From contig JAMOUS010000060.1 in NCBI GenBank assembly GCA_027067975.1, positions 1 through 56,403 of the forward strand: a DNA stretch of 56,403 nt. The letters run 5' to 3'. Origin of the DNA: Bacteroidales bacterium. GTDB taxonomy: Bacteria; Bacteroidota; Bacteroidia; Bacteroidales; VadinHA17. The notes under the pieces were generated by a model, which worked only from the letters and a program-made list of their open reading frames with translations, was not told the DNA's origin and ran no database searches. A program made the translations under genes and the position numbers. This document shows, piece by piece, positions 51,239 to 56,403 of the stretch (positions are counted from its first letter, which is position 1; each line of letters opens with the position of its first letter).

Positions 51239-53188
51239 ATGATGAAAAGAACCGCCATCCTGCTCCTTGCAGTGTTTCTGCCCCATCCATCCTCTCTCAG
51301 TGCCAAGGGAGTAAAACCACCAAAAAAGTTCGGTGACGTCAGCAAGGAAGAACTCGCTGCCACCGTTTGTCCGATCGACTCCTCCGCTGCAGCCTATTAT
51401 CTTTTCGACTGGGGCGAAGCCTATTTCGACTTCAACACCGGTGAGATGATGTTGCGCTATCAGGCGCGTATCAAGATCGTCAACAGCGACGGATTCAGTG
51501 AGGGTAACGTGACATTGCCGTTCAGAATGAACGATCCTATTAAAAAGCTTAAAGCGGCCACATACAACCTGGTAGATGGCAAGGTGGTCGCCACAAAGGT
51601 CGACAACAGCATGATCTTCAATGAAAAGGTGTCGGGTGACCAGCGGCAGCTGAAGATCTCTTTCCCCGAGGTACGGGAAGGGTCGGTGATCGAGTACACT
51701 TATCTCCGCTCGGCGGGGAACCTCTATCACCTGGTCCCGTGGGTATTTCAGGACGATATACCGGTGTTGTACAGCGAATTCAATCTTCGTATTCCCGATT
51801 GGTTACAATATAAGTTTATCCAGGAGGGCGAAGGCCGGATGAGCGATTTCTCCCATTGGAGTTTTGTCGACCGCGGGACGGTTCAGAGCACCGAATACCA
51901 TTGGGTGATGAGAGAACTGCCGGCGTTACGTGAAGAGCCATATATGCCGGACCCCTCGCACTTTCTGGCCCGTTTGTCGTTCGAGTTGACGGCAATGATC
52001 ATACCCGGCAGAAGTTATCAGGAAATCGCCCGTACCTGGGAAGGACTGGAACGCGACTTACGCAAAAGCGAAATGTTTTGGAAAGTACCGGATCAATGGG
52101 CTTTCCTGCGCGATTCGGTAACTCACCTTACCGGTGGCCGTCACGATCTGACCGCGTTGGAAGCGTTGCGGGCATTCATAGGACGACATGTCAAATGGGA
52201 CGGGAACTATTCGATGTTCGCCTCGGGCACAGCGCGTCACACATACAAGGCAGGCAGCGGCAATTCCTCCGATATTAACATGATGCTGTTGGGATTGATG
52301 CGTCTGGCCGGCTTCGAAGCCTGGCCGGTAATCCTCTGCACCCGCGATCATGGGAAGATCACCCGATATGATATCCCCTTCTTGTCAAAATTTAACTATA
52401 CTGCGGTCTGGACCCGAGCCGGCGACCATGAATGGGTGGTCGACGCCACCGAACCGTTGCTGCCGGCAACCTACTTACCTGTACATTGTCTCAATGGGAA
52501 AGGCCGCCTCATCGGAAACACCCCACGGTGGATCCCTCTCACACCCAAAAAAGGCTTCATCGAAAACATTCTTTATAATCTGGAACTCTCCGACGATGGA
52601 TCCCTCAAAGCAAACATCAAAACCACCCGAAAGGGATATCCCGCTTTCGAGATCCGCGAGTATGTCAGAAAAAACGGCCTTGACAAAATGCTTGAAAAAA
52701 GAAAACAGGAGCATCCCTCGTGGCATTACCAGAGCTGGGCCCTGCACCATGAGAACGATCCCCTCACCCCCCTCATCGAAGAAACCACCTGCACCCTGCA
52801 GGGCCAGACCGAAGACATGGGCGACGTATTGCTCTTCGACCCGCTCATCGACCCCGAATGGAAGGAAAACCCTTTCAAGTCCGAAAAACGCGAATACCCC
52901 ATCGACTTTCTGGCTCCCCGGGAAAAGAAGATCATCATCAACTGCACACTGCCCGAAGGATACTCGGTGGAGGAAATGCCCAAAAGCCTGCGCATCTCCA
53001 CCCCCGATAAGATGATCAGCTATACTTACATGGCCACCCACCGCGGCAACATGTTGCAGATCATGAGTTCGATCAACATTCGCAAGGCTTTCTTCAGGCG
53101 GAAAGACTATCCGGAGATCCGCAACTTCTTTAATGAAGTGCTGGCAAAACAGGCCGAGCAGATCATCCTGAAGAAAACCGAACTATAA
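51239..53188 (+). CDS. DUF3857/transglutaminase-like/DUF3858-type secreted protein, catalytic Cys and His substituted
   Basis: ORF 51173..53188; start chosen at MMKRTAILLLAVFLPHPSSLSAKG. At the position of the transglutaminase core it reads GSGNSSDINMMLLGLMRLAGFEA ... FNYTAVW ... VDAT, so Cys is replaced by Ser and His by Tyr. Confidence 0.7.
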   Translation: MMKRTAILLLAVFLPHPSSLSAKGVKPPKKFGDVSKEELAATVCPIDSSAAAYYLFDWGEAYFDFNTGEMMLRYQARIKIVNSDGFSEGNVTLPFRMNDPIKKLKAATYNLVDGKVVATKVDNSMIFNEKVSGDQRQLKISFPEVREGSVIEYTYLRSAGNLYHLVPWVFQDDIPVLYSEFNLRIPDWLQYKFIQEGEGRMSDFSHWSFVDRGTVQSTEYHWVMRELPALREEPYMPDPSHFLARLSFELTAMIIPGRSYQEIARTWEGLERDLRKSEMFWKVPDQWAFLRDSVTHLTGGRHDLTALEALRAFIGRHVKWDGNYSMFASGTARHTYKAGSGNSSDINMMLLGLMRLAGFEAWPVILCTRDHGKITRYDIPFLSKFNYTAVWTRAGDHEWVVDATEPLLPATYLPVHCLNGKGRLIGNTPRWIPLTPKKGFIENILYNLELSDDGSLKANIKTTRKGYPAFEIREYVRKNGLDKMLEKRKQEHPSWHYQSWALHHENDPLTPLIEETTCTLQGQTEDMGDVLLFDPLIDPEWKENPFKSEKREYPIDFLAPREKKIIINCTLPEGYSVEEMPKSLRISTPDKMISYTYMATHRGNMLQIMSSINIRKAFFRRKDYPEIRNFFNEVLAKQAEQIILKKTEL

Positions 53189-53199
53189 CCTCCGGGGAG

Positions 53200-55110
53200 A
53201 TGATTCGCAATATCTTCATGTTCCTGTCACTCCTTGCAGCAGTCTCTGCAGCATCCGGACAGAAGACCGGCAAGGAGCTCGCGCTTTCCGCCATTCCCGA
53301 CTCGCTGCGGGAGGGCGCCGATGCTGTGGTACGTTACAGCATCACCACCTTGAAGGTCTCTTCGGAAAAGAATATTCTTTACCGACACCACTATGCCGTG
53401 ACCGTCCTCAACCGTAGAGGTTACAGGGCCAGTGTGTTGAAAGAGCTTTATGACAAAGAGATCCATTTCGGTCATTTCCGCGGAGCTGTGTACGATGCCT
53501 CGGGCAGGCGCGTCAAGAAACTTTCTGCGTCGGATCTGCTGGATGTCTCCGCCACCGGTGAAGGCACCCTGTACCAGGACGACCGGATGAAAGTGCTCCT
53601 CCCCAACAAGGAGTGGATTCCCTTTACGGTGGAATATGAATTCACAAAGACTTATGACGGCACGGTTTATTTCCCGCCATGGGCACCGCAAGATCACCTC
53701 TACCTCGGGGTGGAAGAGGCTTCGTTCACGATGACAGCCTCCCCTTTTCTGTTACCACGCTACCGGAGTGTGCGGCTGTCACCCCCGAAAGAGCAGCGTG
53801 ACGAAGGGGTCGTGACACTTTCCTGGCGTACGGAAGGGCTTCCGCCCCGTCCTTATGAACGTCTGATGCCTCCTCTCGAAGAGACGGTGCCTGTGCTTTA
53901 CCTGGCTCCGCAGCATTTTCGCTATGCCCGTTCCGAGGGGAGCATGCTCACATGGGCCGAGGTAGGGCGGTGGATCGCCTCGCTCAACAAAGGCCGGCAG
54001 GAGCTGCCTCCCGCCACCGTAGAAAAGATCCGCCGGCTCACCGCCTCACTCTCCAATCCCGTCGAAAAAGCGCGGAAGGTGTACCATTACATGCAACAGC
54101 ACACCCGCTATGTGAGCGTACAGCTGGGGATCGGAGGATACCAGCCTTATCCTGCAAAATATGTCGATGAGAAAGGCTACGGCGACTGCAAGGCTCTGTG
54201 CAATTACACCTGTGCGCTGATGCAGGCCGCCGGAGTGGAAGCACGCTATGTGGTCGTCGCCGCCGGCACTGCCGGCGACATCCTCACCGACTTCCCCTCC
54301 AACCAGTTCAACCATGCCATCGTCGCCCTGCCTTTCCCTCATGACACGATCTGGCTGGAATGCACCGACCAGCATCAGCCTTTCGGTTTTTTAGGCAGTT
54401 TCACCGCCGACCGTCACGCGCTGATGATCACGGGCGACAGCGGTGTGCTGGTCCATACCCCCGTTTACGAGGCAAGCATGAACACCCAGTACCGCACCGC
54501 CCGTATCACCCTCCTCGACGACGGCACCGCCACCGCCCGTGTGACCACACGTTACAGCGGCATCCAGTATGAGAATGTCGAGGCGGCACTCACCCTCACG
54601 GGTGAGAAGCTGAAGAAATGGTATTACCGCAGGATCGACATCCCCGACTTCACCCTCGACAAGATCACCTTACGCAGTGAAGAAGGGCCACCGCCGGTGG
54701 CGGTGGAGGAGGCGGCCATTACGGTCAGGCGATATATGACGCGCCAGGGCCAGCGTGCCTTCCTGCCGTTGAACCTGATGAACAAGGTCGATTTCCTCAA
54801 TATGAGCGAGGAGTCCCGCAAGAACGACATCTTCATCGCCATGGGCTTCACCGATGTCGATACGATCGTGTGGGCCCTCCCCGCCGGCATGCGCGTGCAG
54901 TACATGCCCCGGCCGGTGATGCTCACCTCCCCTTTCGGCACCTATGAGAGCCGCGTCACGCAGCAGGACGACGGCACGGTGTTGTACGTGCGGCGGCTGG
55001 TGTTGCGCAAGGGCCGTTTTCCGGGGGAGATGTACGGGGAGTTGCGCCATTTCGGACAGCAGATCTCAAGCTACGACCATAAACGCATCCTGTTGCGGAA
55101 GGAGGAATGA
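53200..55110 (+). CDS. DUF3857/transglutaminase-like/DUF3858-type secreted protein with intact Cys-His-Asp core
   Basis: 636-aa ORF with signal peptide MIRNIFMFLSLLAAVSAASGQ. The core reads KGYGDCKALCNYTCALMQAAGVEARYVVV ... FNHAIVAL ... LECTD. Confidence 0.75.
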   Translation: MIRNIFMFLSLLAAVSAASGQKTGKELALSAIPDSLREGADAVVRYSITTLKVSSEKNILYRHHYAVTVLNRRGYRASVLKELYDKEIHFGHFRGAVYDASGRRVKKLSASDLLDVSATGEGTLYQDDRMKVLLPNKEWIPFTVEYEFTKTYDGTVYFPPWAPQDHLYLGVEEASFTMTASPFLLPRYRSVRLSPPKEQRDEGVVTLSWRTEGLPPRPYERLMPPLEETVPVLYLAPQHFRYARSEGSMLTWAEVGRWIASLNKGRQELPPATVEKIRRLTASLSNPVEKARKVYHYMQQHTRYVSVQLGIGGYQPYPAKYVDEKGYGDCKALCNYTCALMQAAGVEARYVVVAAGTAGDILTDFPSNQFNHAIVALPFPHDTIWLECTDQHQPFGFLGSFTADRHALMITGDSGVLVHTPVYEASMNTQYRTARITLLDDGTATARVTTRYSGIQYENVEAALTLTGEKLKKWYYRRIDIPDFTLDKITLRSEEGPPPVAVEEAAITVRRYMTRQGQRAFLPLNLMNKVDFLNMSEESRKNDIFIAMGFTDVDTIVWALPAGMRVQYMPRPVMLTSPFGTYESRVTQQDDGTVLYVRRLVLRKGRFPGEMYGELRHFGQQISSYDHKRILLRKEE

Positions 55111-55904
55111 TGATCTATCTCCCCTCGCTGGCGGAATATGGGATGATGCTGCGGCGTGTGGACGATGTTGCTGCGGCGACGCAGTTGTCGCGTGTGGCGG
55201 CAGCGGTGCGGGACGGAACGCCGTGGCCGGCCTATGCGGTGATGCGGGCGGCGCGGCAGCGTTATCACTCCGACCGCACGCTGCTGCACCTGCACGATCC
55301 CGGCGCCGGCCACCGCCGTCGCGGCGGCGGCCGTTATACGCGCACCGTGGCTGCGGTGGCCCGCACCTCGTCGGGGGCGTTCCGTTACCACCGTTTTTTG
55401 TACCGTCTGGCACGCGCTGCCGGCAGGGAGGGCCCCCTCCTCGAGCTGGGCACCGCCCTCGCCCTGGGCACGCTGGCCCTGGCCCTCGGCACCCCCCACG
55501 CCCCCCTCTACACCCTCGAGGGCGACCCAGCCCTCATCCCCTTCGCCCGCAACCTGATCAGCCGTCATCATCTCCAAAACGTCACCCTCCTGCAAGGCAC
55601 CTTTGACGATGTACTGCCCTCCCTTCTCACCTCCCTCCCCGCCCCCCTCCGGCTGGTCTTCCTCGACGGCCACCACGAAAAAGAAGCCACCCTCCGCTAC
55701 TTCTCCCTCCTCCTGCCCCACACCGACTCCCAAAGCATCCTGATCGTCGACGACATTCGCTGGTCGGCCGACATGTGGCAGGCATGGAAAGAACTGAAGA
55801 ACCACCCCCGCGTCACCACCGGCGTCGACCTGTTGCGCATGGGGATCCTCCTCTTCGACCCCGCGCTGCCCCGCCGTCACCTTTCCTGGCCCCCTCCCCG
55901 GTAA
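55107..55904 (+). CDS. Class I SAM-dependent methyltransferase (O-methyltransferase family 3-like)
   Basis: 265-aa ORF whose start overlaps the upstream stop (ATGA). Motif I is LLELGTALALGT, followed by ...VFLDGHHEKEATLRYF... and ...ILIVDDIRWSADMWQAW... The N-terminal ~100 aa are Ala/Arg-rich and of low complexity. Confidence 0.7.
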   Translation: MMIYLPSLAEYGMMLRRVDDVAAATQLSRVAAAVRDGTPWPAYAVMRAARQRYHSDRTLLHLHDPGAGHRRRGGGRYTRTVAAVARTSSGAFRYHRFLYRLARAAGREGPLLELGTALALGTLALALGTPHAPLYTLEGDPALIPFARNLISRHHLQNVTLLQGTFDDVLPSLLTSLPAPLRLVFLDGHHEKEATLRYFSLLLPHTDSQSILIVDDIRWSADMWQAWKELKNHPRVTTGVDLLRMGILLFDPALPRRHLSWPPPR

Positions 55905-56010
55905 GTATTTTTCTTTTTTCTTTTGTTTATATTGCAAAGAATTTTGAAGGAGTGTTTCCGGTGCGGGAATGTTCCTGCCCCGGCGCCTGTCCAACAATAA
56001 AACGAAGACC

Positions 56011-56403
56011 ATGGAACATGTCATCCAGTTAAAGGATATCATCAAGAACTACTACGTAGGGACGGTCGTGGTAAAGGCACTGCGCGGGATCACGGTGGAG
56101 ATCCTGCGGAACGAGTATGTAGCGATCATGGGGCCCTCGGGATCGGGCAAATCGACCATGATGAACATCCTGGGTTGCCTCGACACTCCCACAAAGGGTG
56201 AATATTTGCTTAATGGCCAGGATGTAAGCCGCATGGACGATGATCAGCTGGCCGAGATCCGGAACAAGGAGATCGGCTTTGTCTTTCAGACGTTCAACCT
56301 GCTGCCGCGTTATACGGCCTTGGAGAACGTGATGCTGCCGCTCATCTATGCCGGCATCCCCAAGCACGAGCGTATCCGCCGGGCCAGCGAGGTGCTGGAG
56401 CAA
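56011..56403 (+). CDS. ABC transporter ATP-binding protein (MacB/LolD/FtsE-like), 5' part, runs off the window
   Basis: My own translation from ATG 56011: [72 protein letters not shown]...[24 protein letters not shown]. It has a Walker A motif and a Q-loop. This ORF is absent from the supplied track; the listed minus-strand ORF 56029..56403 is its shadow. Confidence 0.9.
   Translation, partial: MEHVIQLKDIIKNYYVGTVVVKALRGITVEILRNEYVAIMGPSGSGKSTMMNILGCLDTPTKGEYLLNGQDVSRMDDDQLAEIRNKEIGFVFQTFNLLPRYTALENVMLPLIYAGIPKHERIRRASEVLEQ

Noticed and set aside
56029-56403. The 124-aa minus-strand ORF at the window edge.
   Set aside because: The plus strand encodes an unmistakable ABC ATPase N-terminus ([10 protein letters not shown]-loop) starting at 56011. 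The minus ORF is its antisense shadow.

Overview
This 56.4-kb chromosomal segment comes from a GC-rich member of the Bacteroidota. That placement is inferred from two T9SS C-terminal sorting domains, SprB and BACON domains, an RseC-RnfBCDGEA operon, TAnnTTTG-type -7 boxes and the absence of Shine-Dalgarno sequences. I call 45 protein-coding genes (one runs off the 3' edge) and one probable gene remnant. I saw no rRNA, tRNA, CRISPR array, integrase or transposase. Recognisable content: a URO-D/MtaA-like protein fused to two thioredoxin folds, followed by a COG0523 GTPase; an orphan GroES-like gene; trmJ; a co-directional, very GC-rich block (SDR, 303-aa orphan, SBBP/SprB T9SS cargo, 1486-aa YD-repeat/BACON protein); a deacetylase-like/GNAT pair; a Fur/PerR-peroxiredoxin operon; a second T9SS cargo; a propeller/Y_Y_Y sensor fused to a PP2C phosphatase; a galK-Na+/sugar symporter operon; cupin-msrA; ppnP; a Tat-exported aldo/keto reductase with ferredoxin-like Cys motifs; a 1023-aa HExxH/PD40/beta-barrel protein; mutS2; an MFS transporter; yaaA; rseC-rnfBCDGEA; recG; and two DUF3857/transglutaminase-like paralogues translationally coupled to a SAM methyltransferase. 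The most unusual signal is non-coding. Six intergenic loci (about 1.73, 13.6-14.36, 18.25, 37.1-37.7 and 43.1 kb) are built from one small set of modules: phased heptamer runs (AT[CGT]GAGT), 8-mer runs (CTTTTGYC, CGCTTCAT), 9-mer runs (AGTRCYTNG) and two conserved-stem, variable-loop hairpins. The modules occur in both orientations. At one locus they are amplified into a tandem array of about 151 bp per unit with compensatory stem substitutions. At other loci they fill operon spacers or the gaps between convergent genes. I cannot assign this family to a described element class from sequence alone. The many long ORFs antisense to real genes are treated as GC-driven shadow ORFs.
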